Source: Promethearchaeota archaeon (GTDB taxonomy: Archaea > Asgardarchaeota > Heimdallarchaeia > Hodarchaeales > Hodarchaeaceae). Taken from it: a stretch of 64,000 nucleotides of DNA. The notes under the pieces were generated by a model. That model made no database searches. It was not told where the DNA came from and saw nothing but the letters and a program-made list of their open reading frames with translations. A program made the translations under genes and the position numbers. How positions within the stretch are numbered: the stretch's first letter is position 1; each line of letters opens with the position of its first letter. Below are positions 46,686 to 55,635 of this stretch, one piece after another. The DNA lies in the NCBI GenBank assembly GCA_048938105.1, contig JBHLMN010000007.1, positions 128,001 through 192,000 of the forward strand, in the 5' to 3' direction.

Positions 46686-49109
46686 GTGTTATTCTTAAGG
46701 AAAATTGTACGAGATCTTTGGAAAAATAAGGCTCGATCCTTACCTATCATCGTTCTAATAGCAGTTAGTCAAACTGCCAGTATCCTCTACATTGAAGCAG
46801 GGGTATTAATGGATGTCAGCTGGCATAAATATTTCCAAGAAGGAAATGTAGGAGATGTTTGGGTAGATACAGTTCCCATATCCCCAGCTATTTTTAATGA
46901 ATCAGTTATTTCTCAATGGGAAAACTCATATTCAATCACAGCAATTCAACCACGTTTATATTTTAAAGGTCATATTTTAGTACAAAATGAGAAGGTGCCA
47001 GTTGAAGTTGTCTCTTTTCCTTTAAACAATTCAGAATCAATCAACAACATCATAACAAAAGATGGAACATATTTTACAAATTATTTCGAGACCAAGAATG
47101 GAGTATATATTGAGCAATCGTATTTAGAACTACATGACCTTGAGGAAACAAAAGAAATTCCGCTTACAATTGATTTTGGAGCTGGATCAAGAGATTTAAA
47201 TCTTACATTATTAGGAGGAGCCTTTAGTCCAGAATATCCAATGAAAGCAGGTGAGGGAGGATCTCAAACACAGTTTGAATTTTCAGCAACCTTTGCTCAA
47301 TACTTGACAATGAGCATTTTTCTAAGGACGGACTATCTACAAGAAGAATTATTTCAAGGCCAAGAAATCTATAACCAAATCTGTATTTCCATTACTGACA
47401 AAAGTGAAGTAAATTCTTTTATTCATTATCTAGAGACAGACAAATCACCTCTAAATATATACACTATTGATGTGAGGAAATATCCCGCGTTAATCGAAGA
47501 TATGGCCTTTCTCATGATTTGGGTTGGATTTGGAGTGGCCTTTTTCTTTCTCCTAATTTCCATGTTTTTAACTTATACGGTGGTCAATCGATTTATTGAT
47601 GAGCAAAAACCTCAGATTGGAGTTATGAAATCATTAGGATACTCTAACAGGTATATTTTGACAAGGAATTTGTTATATGGAATTATTTTAGGTTTTATAG
47701 GTTCTATTCTTGGGATTCTTATTGGAGGATGTATTGGAATAATTTTTGGAGATTTTGCACTAAGATCTTGGCTCTCGATACCCTATATTGTGATTGTTTT
47801 ACCAATCAAAGAGTCCTTCCTAATGTTGAACATGACACTAATAATTTCAACATTTTCATGTTATATCTCTGCTCGTCGAATCCTACGAATTTCACCTCGG
47901 GCTGCTATCCAACCAGTCATTCATGAAAGAAATATTACTACCTTTATTATAGAAGATATTTTTAAGAAAATATTACGATTTCGTCTATCTATACCCGCTA
48001 AATATTCCATTCGCAATGTTTTCATTAATCCCAAAAGAACTCTAACAACAATTTTCTCATTACTCATGGCTGTTGCTCTTGTTGGAGGAATTTTAACGAT
48101 AGTTGCGAGTGTTTTCGAAGGGGGTTCTCTAATGTTTGAATCAGAAAATTGGGATGCTCAAATCACTCTTACATATGCTCAAGAATTTGCAGAAGTTGAA
48201 TCCGACATTTTAACTCAATTTCCTAATCCTGAATCAATCACTCTAGAACCTATGTTAATTCATATAGCTTGGATAAAAGATCTCACTGACAATTCTTGGA
48301 CAAAAATCACATTTACTGCATTAGTTCCCAATCCTAGCTTAAAAATCTTTAACACAATCCCTACGGGATTTTCAAGCGAAACTTCGGCAATAGTTTCGCC
48401 AGACCTTGCTAAACAACTAAAACTTGAAGTTGGAAATAGCTATACATTACGTGGGATAAATGGAACCCAAGAGGAAGTTATTATCCAAAAAATTCTTGCA
48501 GAACATCATGTTTCAAGTTTCTATATCCCTATTTCTTTAGGAAATTATCTATCATTTGGAAATAACACAAATGAGATGGTAAATGGGGTTCTTCTCGCGG
48601 GCCTGTCATCTGAGGATGAAATTAAACCATTGACTAGAAATTATTCTGTAATCTTAAAATCTGATCTAATAGAACAAACAGAATCTTGGCATATGACAAT
48701 GAGTTCAATTCTATTTGTTATACTATTCCTAGTATTAATTATTGCTGGGATGATTATCTATGCGATTATGTCTATTAGTATTGCAGAACGTAAGGATGAT
48801 CTCACCATAATGCGATCAGTAGGTACCCAGAATCAGAATATTTACCTTTGGGGATTACTTGAAGTCATAATTTACTCACTATTGGCAAGTGTAGGATATT
48901 TCATTGGATTCTTCATATCAGTTTGGTATATGGACATTCTTCAACAACTTATGCAACAACCGCAAGGAGTATTCAACCTATCATTTACTCACTATCTCTT
49001 GTCTTTGGGCTTTGGATTTGTTGCAGCAACATTAGGCCAATTCTTCGCATTACGTTATGTCCTAAAACAAAGAATAGCTACAGTTACAAAAGAAAAGATG
49101 TTTGGCTAG
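46686..49109 (+). CDS. MacB/FtsX-like ABC permease with duplicated domains
   Basis: EQKPQIGVMKSLGY and ERKDDLTIMRSVG; 807 aa; GGAGG RBS. Confidence 0.88.
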   Translation: MLFLRKIVRDLWKNKARSLPIIVLIAVSQTASILYIEAGVLMDVSWHKYFQEGNVGDVWVDTVPISPAIFNESVISQWENSYSITAIQPRLYFKGHILVQNEKVPVEVVSFPLNNSESINNIITKDGTYFTNYFETKNGVYIEQSYLELHDLEETKEIPLTIDFGAGSRDLNLTLLGGAFSPEYPMKAGEGGSQTQFEFSATFAQYLTMSIFLRTDYLQEELFQGQEIYNQICISITDKSEVNSFIHYLETDKSPLNIYTIDVRKYPALIEDMAFLMIWVGFGVAFFFLLISMFLTYTVVNRFIDEQKPQIGVMKSLGYSNRYILTRNLLYGIILGFIGSILGILIGGCIGIIFGDFALRSWLSIPYIVIVLPIKESFLMLNMTLIISTFSCYISARRILRISPRAAIQPVIHERNITTFIIEDIFKKILRFRLSIPAKYSIRNVFINPKRTLTTIFSLLMAVALVGGILTIVASVFEGGSLMFESENWDAQITLTYAQEFAEVESDILTQFPNPESITLEPMLIHIAWIKDLTDNSWTKITFTALVPNPSLKIFNTIPTGFSSETSAIVSPDLAKQLKLEVGNSYTLRGINGTQEEVIIQKILAEHHVSSFYIPISLGNYLSFGNNTNEMVNGVLLAGLSSEDEIKPLTRNYSVILKSDLIEQTESWHMTMSSILFVILFLVLIIAGMIIYAIMSISIAERKDDLTIMRSVGTQNQNIYLWGLLEVIIYSLLASVGYFIGFFISVWYMDILQQLMQQPQGVFNLSFTHYLLSLGFGFVAATLGQFFALRYVLKQRIATVTKEKMFG

Positions 49110-49294
49110 AAGGTATCATAACTGTAGATTCAACGTTATCAGAGAATCCAGATTGAATCGGTAATACCATGCTTCCCTTTTAAGAATTTTATCAGATTTA
49201 TTGATTATTCAAACAACCTAGGTGTTAACAAACACCCCTCATTGTGTGATTATCTACTCAAATTATCTTTTATGAAAAATATACTGAAGAATAG

Positions 49295-49855
49295 GTGGTG
49301 ATTGAAATTATTTTTCCGAATCAAACTCCAGCTATTTTTCTTCCTGAATTTATGGTTCTAATACTCTGTGAAATTGCCCTTTTCTGGTTTTTTATGCCTA
49401 AACAATCCCTTAGACAGATATCTCCTATGATCGTGGCAATTAATCTCATCAAGGTAGGAGCTTTCAGTTTAATTACGCCAGTTTTTCATCCATATTCCTT
49501 TTATTATAATCCATTAATTGAGATCACTATTTTGATCGTTATTGGAACAATTTTTTCCACAATAGTCTATGAACGTGAACAGGTTGAGCTTTCCCGTAAT
49601 CAAGCAAGTTCTATCGCCTTTCGTGTTACAAGTCTTTCTACTTTTAGTTACATTAGTCTGAAATATTATGATTTTCAACCTTCCTACATCTTATTAGATT
49701 CATCAGGGTGGAGATTACCTGAATCAATGGCATCAATACAACAACCATTCTTAGTACCTAATATTTTATTGCTTATCGGACTCGTTATTGGGTTATTAAT
49801 GATCTTTTTCCGTTACAATAAAAAGAATTTAACAACTTCCTCCTCTATTCCTTAA
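49295..49855 (+). CDS. Hypothetical membrane protein
   Basis: 186-aa ORF with about 5 hydrophobic segments. Confidence 0.6.
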   Translation: MVIEIIFPNQTPAIFLPEFMVLILCEIALFWFFMPKQSLRQISPMIVAINLIKVGAFSLITPVFHPYSFYYNPLIEITILIVIGTIFSTIVYEREQVELSRNQASSIAFRVTSLSTFSYISLKYYDFQPSYILLDSSGWRLPESMASIQQPFLVPNILLLIGLVIGLLMIFFRYNKKNLTTSSSIP

Positions 49856-50098
49856 GTGTACTCTATTGCAGTTAGTTTAACGATTCTTGATCCCCTTAAA
49901 GACATTCTTAATATCTTTGGCTATCATCTTTCTTTTACTTTTTTCAATAAGGAATTTTTCCCCTGTTTGTAAACATGATGGAAACACGTGTTTATCGGGA
50001 AAAAAGAAATTTACGACCAATGTCAGGTATATTCAAATATTATCTTCGTTCTTCTATCTATCTTCTATCATACACGGGTAATAATAGATTTTTTCTCT

Positions 50099-51343
50099 CT
50101 ATATTAGTAAAAGTACAAGCCAGTAAGCTCCACACAGAATAAGAAGAAGAAATGATAGAATTAGGATTGTAAACCCGTATTTAGCGAAGAATCCTGGAGA
50201 ATATAGTTCTGGTAGACCGAAATGTTTTAATGGCTTATTTTCATCAAAAATCATTTCAATATTACGTTTTTTCAGGTCTTCGAAAAATAGATCAGGGGCA
50301 CCAGCAGGTAGAGCTTCTGGGGGGAGAACTCCAGTTCCAGTTATTTTTCCTTCTGCATAAAGGTGGGCTGCAATAGCTGCAGGGTAACCTGTAAGTTTGC
50401 CCATGGTGATACTTGGTGTACAATAAACCCAATGGACTGGACTATCCTTATAGGTTCCATGAATATCTACACGTACTGAAGACGCAGCAACTCCCCCAGT
50501 CGCAAAGAGCTTCTCTGTCGCATGAATAACTCTTGCCCAAAATTTTTGGCGAGATTTACCTTGGATCAGATGGAGTTGCTTAAACGACTCTAAAAACTTA
50601 TTATTCCAATCAGGTGTTAATCCCCCCTTGAGTGTGCACTCTGTAACATTAGGTAAAAATCTGGGAATTGTAACTGGTTCTGGATGACCACAATCAAAGA
50701 CACTCACTGTTTTTAGAGGTAGTGGAAAATCTATTTTGATATTTCCTTTCCCAGCAGGCGCGTCTATAAATTTTCCATCTTGATAGGATGGGAAACTCCC
50801 AGTTACAGCATAATAAACGTGGAGGATAACTGCAAATCCCTCGGAATCTGCAGCCCCTCCCGCCCATGCTATATTCAGTTTTACAGGACCACGATCTAGT
50901 TTGTTATATGCCTTTAACGCCATGAGGTTAGACAAACCAGGAGTCCAACCATATCCAAGAAAAATAGGAACATTGGCCTCCTTAGCAGCAGCATCCATTT
51001 CAAGGACTTCTTGGGTTGGATCAGGATCATCACAAATATCTACAAGCGGAATCTTAGCTTCAATTGCTGCACGAGCGATTTTTGGGCCGAAAAAATAAAA
51101 AGGGCCAATTGCAGAACATGCGATTTCATAGTGCTTCATTAAATTAACCATTTCGTCATGATTGGTAGCATCAACCTTAATAAACTCTAAGCGTGAATCA
51201 TTCAGCTGAGACATTATTCTCTTGGCCTTTTTTTCATTAATATCAGCAATAGCTATTTTAGTCCATATTGTACCAAATTTAACAGCATCTTTGACAATGT
51301 AACTACCCATATCCCCAGCTCCACCTAGAATTAGTAATTTCAT
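50099..51343 (-). CDS. Saccharopine dehydrogenase-like NAD(P) oxidoreductase with C-terminal TM helix
   Basis: ILGGAGDMG, IGPF, VDICDD, GWTPGLSN, GHPE, GVLPPE; hydrophobic C-terminus; ATG 51343 preferred. Confidence 0.85.
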   Translation of the reverse strand: MKLLILGGAGDMGSYIVKDAVKFGTIWTKIAIADINEKKAKRIMSQLNDSRLEFIKVDATNHDEMVNLMKHYEIACSAIGPFYFFGPKIARAAIEAKIPLVDICDDPDPTQEVLEMDAAAKEANVPIFLGYGWTPGLSNLMALKAYNKLDRGPVKLNIAWAGGAADSEGFAVILHVYYAVTGSFPSYQDGKFIDAPAGKGNIKIDFPLPLKTVSVFDCGHPEPVTIPRFLPNVTECTLKGGLTPDWNNKFLESFKQLHLIQGKSRQKFWARVIHATEKLFATGGVAASSVRVDIHGTYKDSPVHWVYCTPSITMGKLTGYPAAIAAHLYAEGKITGTGVLPPEALPAGAPDLFFEDLKKRNIEMIFDENKPLKHFGLPELYSPGFFAKYGFTILILSFLLLILCGAYWLVLLLI

Positions 51344-51473
51344 GATTGTCACCACAAAAATACGAATTAGAATATTCATATAACCAGTTAAATTAAACAT
51401 TTTGTTCTCATAGTATTTATTCTTTTAATATAGTTAATGACAGTAAATTGCGCTAGAAAAACCTGGTGTTCTC

Positions 51474-52340
51474 ATGAAACTCAAAGGAATAGAAAAATGG
51501 AATGAAAAACTTCCAACGTACCAGGGTAGACGTATTTTATTAATACCTGCTCTATTTATCATTTTATTGATTTTGGGTTCTTCATTTACAATCTTACTAT
51601 ATATTTCACCAAGTTTTTTCCCAGAAAGTGATCTTCTTTATCTTCTTGAACCATTTTTACCTTTTATCGGGCCACTTATTCAAATAAGTATTGGATTATT
51701 TTTAGTTTCTAAGGTTTGGAGTAAGAGGAACACATTACTTGAACAATCACGAGAGTACGCCTATCAAAGAGGTTTCACACTTGGAATCTTTGGAATTCCA
51801 CTTATAATTACGACAGCAATACACAATTACATTCCAACTGAAGTGCTCCTACTTTGGCAACCTCTAAATCCGACAACATCCGTGCTATATTCTTCTCTTT
51901 TAACTGTGGTTCCAGGTTGGTCTGCGTATGAACTTATCATACGGATTGTACTTGGTCTTATCTTTCTCATGCTAGGGGTTCTTACAATACTGCGGGCCTT
52001 TTTCACTTTTGGTATTGATTACATGGCAGTGGTTTATTTATACTATCCTGAAGAGTCTGAATTGCAAAACCACCAAATATACTCTGTATTACGTCATCCA
52101 ACATACTTTGGTGTCATTCTCACAGCATTCGGAAGTTGTTGTATGAAATTCTCGGTATATTCTATTTTTTCCTTCATTCTAGTAGTGGTTGGTATGCTTT
52201 TTCATATCAACTTTGTTGAGGAGAAAGAACTCCTAGAACGGTTTGGTGACTCTTATCGCAATTATCGCAAACAGACTCCAGCTCTACTCATCAAACCAAA
52301 CCAAATAGGTTTGTTTCTCAAGTTTATTTTCAATAGGTAA
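51474..52340 (+). CDS. ICMT/PEMT-family membrane methyltransferase
   Basis: IYSVLRHPTYFG, EEKELLERFGDSYRNY...TP. Confidence 0.82.
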   Translation: MKLKGIEKWNEKLPTYQGRRILLIPALFIILLILGSSFTILLYISPSFFPESDLLYLLEPFLPFIGPLIQISIGLFLVSKVWSKRNTLLEQSREYAYQRGFTLGIFGIPLIITTAIHNYIPTEVLLLWQPLNPTTSVLYSSLLTVVPGWSAYELIIRIVLGLIFLMLGVLTILRAFFTFGIDYMAVVYLYYPEESELQNHQIYSVLRHPTYFGVILTAFGSCCMKFSVYSIFSFILVVVGMLFHINFVEEKELLERFGDSYRNYRKQTPALLIKPNQIGLFLKFIFNR

Positions 52341-52590
52341 TAATTATCAGAATATTAAATTATATTAATTATAAGTGATTTTTCCTTGATTAAGTCTCTA
52401 AAGATTGAAGGACTGCTTTAATATACTCTTATAGCTTTCCTTCTTGTTCTTCTGGATCGATAGTTGTTTTCATTTTCAAAAAAGAATATTCGTTCTTTAT
52501 GTGAGTAAAAATCTTCTTCTCTTTCATAGCATTATAGTATCATTAAGGTTAGCCATACTTCCAAAGTTAAACTCTTGAAGGTTGCATGGT

Positions 52591-53460
52591 TTATGATTTA
52601 TTGAACCATGGAAGTTTTGGTTTGATAAGATAGAAAAGTCCAAACCAAGCCAAAATTGCCAAAATGGGAAAGATAATAAGCCCTTCAGGCTGAACCATTG
52701 GATCTCCGCTCAGTACCATTACTATAGCCATTGCTACAACAGCTGAAGACAAAGTAACGAAAAACCCATAAAAAGCTAACATGATTGGGTAAGCTTGCTT
52801 AGGTCTCGTCCCTAATAGATATAATCCAATAAATCCGAGAGGAAGCGTAATTCCTAAATCAAAGTAACGTATCACCCAAAATACATTGGGAGATTCCTGA
52901 TAAGAACCAGTAGATGTGTCTCCCGTCAAAACTACTTCAATGATTTCTTGAAACCACATCAAAGAGAATATCAGAAGAAAAATGACCATTAATATGATAT
53001 ATATCCTAAGGTTTTTGACATTAAAGTCAGGCGCATCATCTTCAGTAAACATTGACAGACTACCAATCAAGAGGATGAGGCCACCAATTATGAGTACTAA
53101 AAAGACCCAAAAGAATGTTTCAACATTCCCAGGATACATTGTCCACTCCTGTCCAATACCATATGCTAATCCTGTATATAGAAAAATGTACACTCCTACT
53201 AGTATCAAAAAGTATTTTGAACTCCCTTTTTTTTGGAGATGAAGTATTCCCCCAATGAAACAAAGTGGCGCTAAAAGTAGCAAATTAATTAGATCTTGCC
53301 CTTGGGTTTGATAAATTGCTGATTGTGATGTCCTATGTTCAATCAGCTCTAGTCCTAAAGGCCCCATGAGCGCTAAGAAGACCAGTGCGCCAGTACAAAT
53401 GAGTGCAGTTATACTTATTACATATCTTTCAAAAATATCTTGTTTTGTTTCAACACTCAT
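52591..53460 (-). CDS. Conserved hypothetical multi-pass membrane protein
   Basis: About 8 TM; QTQGQD and FDLGITLP conserved-looking motifs. Confidence 0.72.
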   Translation of the reverse strand: MSVETKQDIFERYVISITALICTGALVFLALMGPLGLELIEHRTSQSAIYQTQGQDLINLLLLAPLCFIGGILHLQKKGSSKYFLILVGVYIFLYTGLAYGIGQEWTMYPGNVETFFWVFLVLIIGGLILLIGSLSMFTEDDAPDFNVKNLRIYIILMVIFLLIFSLMWFQEIIEVVLTGDTSTGSYQESPNVFWVIRYFDLGITLPLGFIGLYLLGTRPKQAYPIMLAFYGFFVTLSSAVVAMAIVMVLSGDPMVQPEGLIIFPILAILAWFGLFYLIKPKLPWFNKS

Positions 53461-53502
53461 TGTTTATTCCTCATTATGAGCTTCAAAGTGAAATTCTATT
53501 TA

Positions 53503-54714
53503 TTATTTTAACTCTAACGTTTTCTCTAAAGTAGAAAAGTTTCTAAGGCCTGTCTTTCGCACTGTAACGGTATCCTCAATACGAATCCCCCATTTACCGG
53601 GGTAATAGACACCTGGTTCAACAGTAACAACATCTCCTTCCGTTAATACACATTTTCTCATCAAACTCAAATAGGGCATTTCACCAATGGTTAATCCAAC
53701 TCCGTGTCCTAGACCATGAATGAACCCTTCTTCCATAGCCATGCCAGGATGCTCCATGTAATATAGGAGAGTTTTATGATTCCTTGCTTGAAGAGTTTCA
53801 CAAACACTCCTGGAAATCACCTGACCATCAGCACCTGCAGTGATTTGGTCAAGAGCAGTTTGTTGAGCCACAGCAACATCTTCAAACATAGTTTTAACTT
53901 CTTCAGAAGCGTTTCCAATGACAAAAGTTCGAGTAGTATCAAAACAATATCCAGTTGAGACATCCTGTGGAAAAATATCAAAAACTATTGGAACTCCAGT
54001 TTTGATTTTCCTTTCAGCTGTTCCATGATTATGGGGATCTGCTCCATCGGGCCCTGGGGCAAAGATTGTATCAGACACTGCTACAAGATTTTCTTCAGCA
54101 AGATTTCGATTAATGAAAGCTTTGACATCTACAACTGTTAATGAGGTATTTCCAGATTGAACTGTGTCCCCAGAAACAGAACAATTCCTAAGCATTTCAA
54201 GGGTTTTACACACAACTGTTTCAGTTCTCTCAGCTACTCCCGCAATTAAATCTAGTTCATGAGAACTCTTCGTTCGACGAACTCGTTCTAAAAATTCAGG
54301 TTCCGCGAGTACTTCGTATCCGTGTTGCTCTAAACGACGTGAAACATCGATAGCTTGACCTGCTTCTACCATTCCACTTAGAATGATTCTTTTTTGAGCG
54401 CCCAATTCTTTGAGTACTTTTGTAAATACTCTAATACGAGCTTCCTCAACTCCATGTTCTTTAATTAACTGAGGATAATTATATTGAGAATAAGGCGTGA
54501 TATTTTTTACTAGTCCTTTTTTCGCACTCCCAACATCGAGATCACCTACTATCAGTACGGCTTCCTGACCTGTTTTCTTAATATATACTCCTCCCCGTGG
54601 AATGTTACAACCACAGACATAAGCAAGGGAAGGATTACCAGAAGTACTCTCCCCAATAATGAGGATAGCTTCAACATCAATATTATCCAATTCAGTGTCT
54701 AAATCATCAATCAT
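53503..54714 (-). CDS. M24 Xaa-Pro peptidase
   Basis: PHN, FDIFP, DTTRT, HGLGHGVGL, TVEPGVY, GIRIED. Confidence 0.92.
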   Translation of the reverse strand: MIDDLDTELDNIDVEAILIIGESTSGNPSLAYVCGCNIPRGGVYIKKTGQEAVLIVGDLDVGSAKKGLVKNITPYSQYNYPQLIKEHGVEEARIRVFTKVLKELGAQKRIILSGMVEAGQAIDVSRRLEQHGYEVLAEPEFLERVRRTKSSHELDLIAGVAERTETVVCKTLEMLRNCSVSGDTVQSGNTSLTVVDVKAFINRNLAEENLVAVSDTIFAPGPDGADPHNHGTAERKIKTGVPIVFDIFPQDVSTGYCFDTTRTFVIGNASEEVKTMFEDVAVAQQTALDQITAGADGQVISRSVCETLQARNHKTLLYYMEHPGMAMEEGFIHGLGHGVGLTIGEMPYLSLMRKCVLTEGDVVTVEPGVYYPGKWGIRIEDTVTVRKTGLRNFSTLEKTLELK

Positions 54715-54859
54715 TGCTAATCCAATTCCATTATTTCATATTTAGTGTTCTTTTAAGCCCACAATATGACAGCATAAAAATCTCACTTAGTAAATTATTA
54801 GAAAAAATAGATTTATACCTCTTACATTAGAACCAGTCATTTTAATTGGAAATATTCTT

Positions 54860-55405
54860 CTACAAACTCTTCTTCATGATATACGACATCTCGGTCTTTC
54901 CAATGACCGAGAAGTCGTATTTATCATAAATCGACTTAAATCCCGTATGAGGAATCACTTCAGGATCGTCTAACTTTTCGTCTAGAGTTGGAATTGCATA
55001 AAGAGTCTCAATTCCATGTGCCTGACACTGTTCTATCACAAGGGGTAATATTGATTTTATCAATCCTCTTTGACGAAATCCTTGTTTAATGAAATAACAT
55101 GAAATTATTTTGACATTATCAGACTCTTTTGGTTTTATTATGGATGTTAATGCATTAGAACATTTGGGTTCAACACATTGACACCATCCAACGGGTTGAT
55201 CATTGTAATAATAGATGTAACCATCAGAACATGTCTTGATAAAATCACTACGCCATTGTTTTGAATCTTCTACATTAATGTTTTCCCAATCAATATCTTC
55301 ACGTATAAAGCAGGTACATTGATATGCTTCCCATTTATCATTGACAAATAAACTCTGAAAATCAGTCATTGTAGACTCTGTTAATGGTTTTATATAATCA
55401 CTCAT
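54860..55405 (-). CDS. GNAT family N-acetyltransferase
   Basis: CTC, PVGWCQ, ISCYFIKQGFRQRGL, HTG..SIY. Confidence 0.8.
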   Translation of the reverse strand: MSDYIKPLTESTMTDFQSLFVNDKWEAYQCTCFIREDIDWENINVEDSKQWRSDFIKTCSDGYIYYYNDQPVGWCQCVEPKCSNALTSIIKPKESDNVKIISCYFIKQGFRQRGLIKSILPLVIEQCQAHGIETLYAIPTLDEKLDDPEVIPHTGFKSIYDKYDFSVIGKTEMSYIMKKSL

Positions 55406-55581
55406 CTTAAAAACACCTACAATAGTGATTTTTTGATAATAGGTTCATAATCTTAATCAATTCTCACATGAAATGTTAAATTTCATGTCTATCAAAACTA
55501 AATTCTATCCTTGATATGATTTATTACAGTGCCAAAATTTAAAATAGTTCTATAAAAGGTAAAACTTCTACTTTAGAAATG

Positions 55582-55623
55582 AAAAAAAGGAGGAAAACAC
55601 CCTTTCAATAGGGAAAGGATGTT
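55582..55623 (-). terminator. Hairpin plus oligo-T terminator after the repeat surface protein
   Basis: Minus strand AACATCCTTTC-cctatt-GAAAGGGTGTT (11-bp stem with one G-U) then ttcctccttttttt. Confidence 0.65.
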
Positions 55624-55635
55624 ATTTTAGCTCAT

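Noticed and set aside
49887-50081. 64-aa ORF
   Set aside because: Short, TTG start, no RBS or motif; lies between convergent genes
50099-50210. SPGF near the C-terminus of the saccharopine dehydrogenase-like protein as PGF-CTERM
   Set aside because: No signal peptide, no basic tail, and PGF is offset from the TM helix
1-52340. CaaX-processing system (Rce1-like CPBP + ICMT)
   Set aside because: Genes are 50 kb apart, the CPBP lacks its catalytic His residues, both families are common in prokaryotes, and I saw no prenyltransferase or CaaX substrate
52400-52530. Possible small minus-strand ORF or gene remnant
   Set aside because: Only about 32 codons with no recognisable similarity
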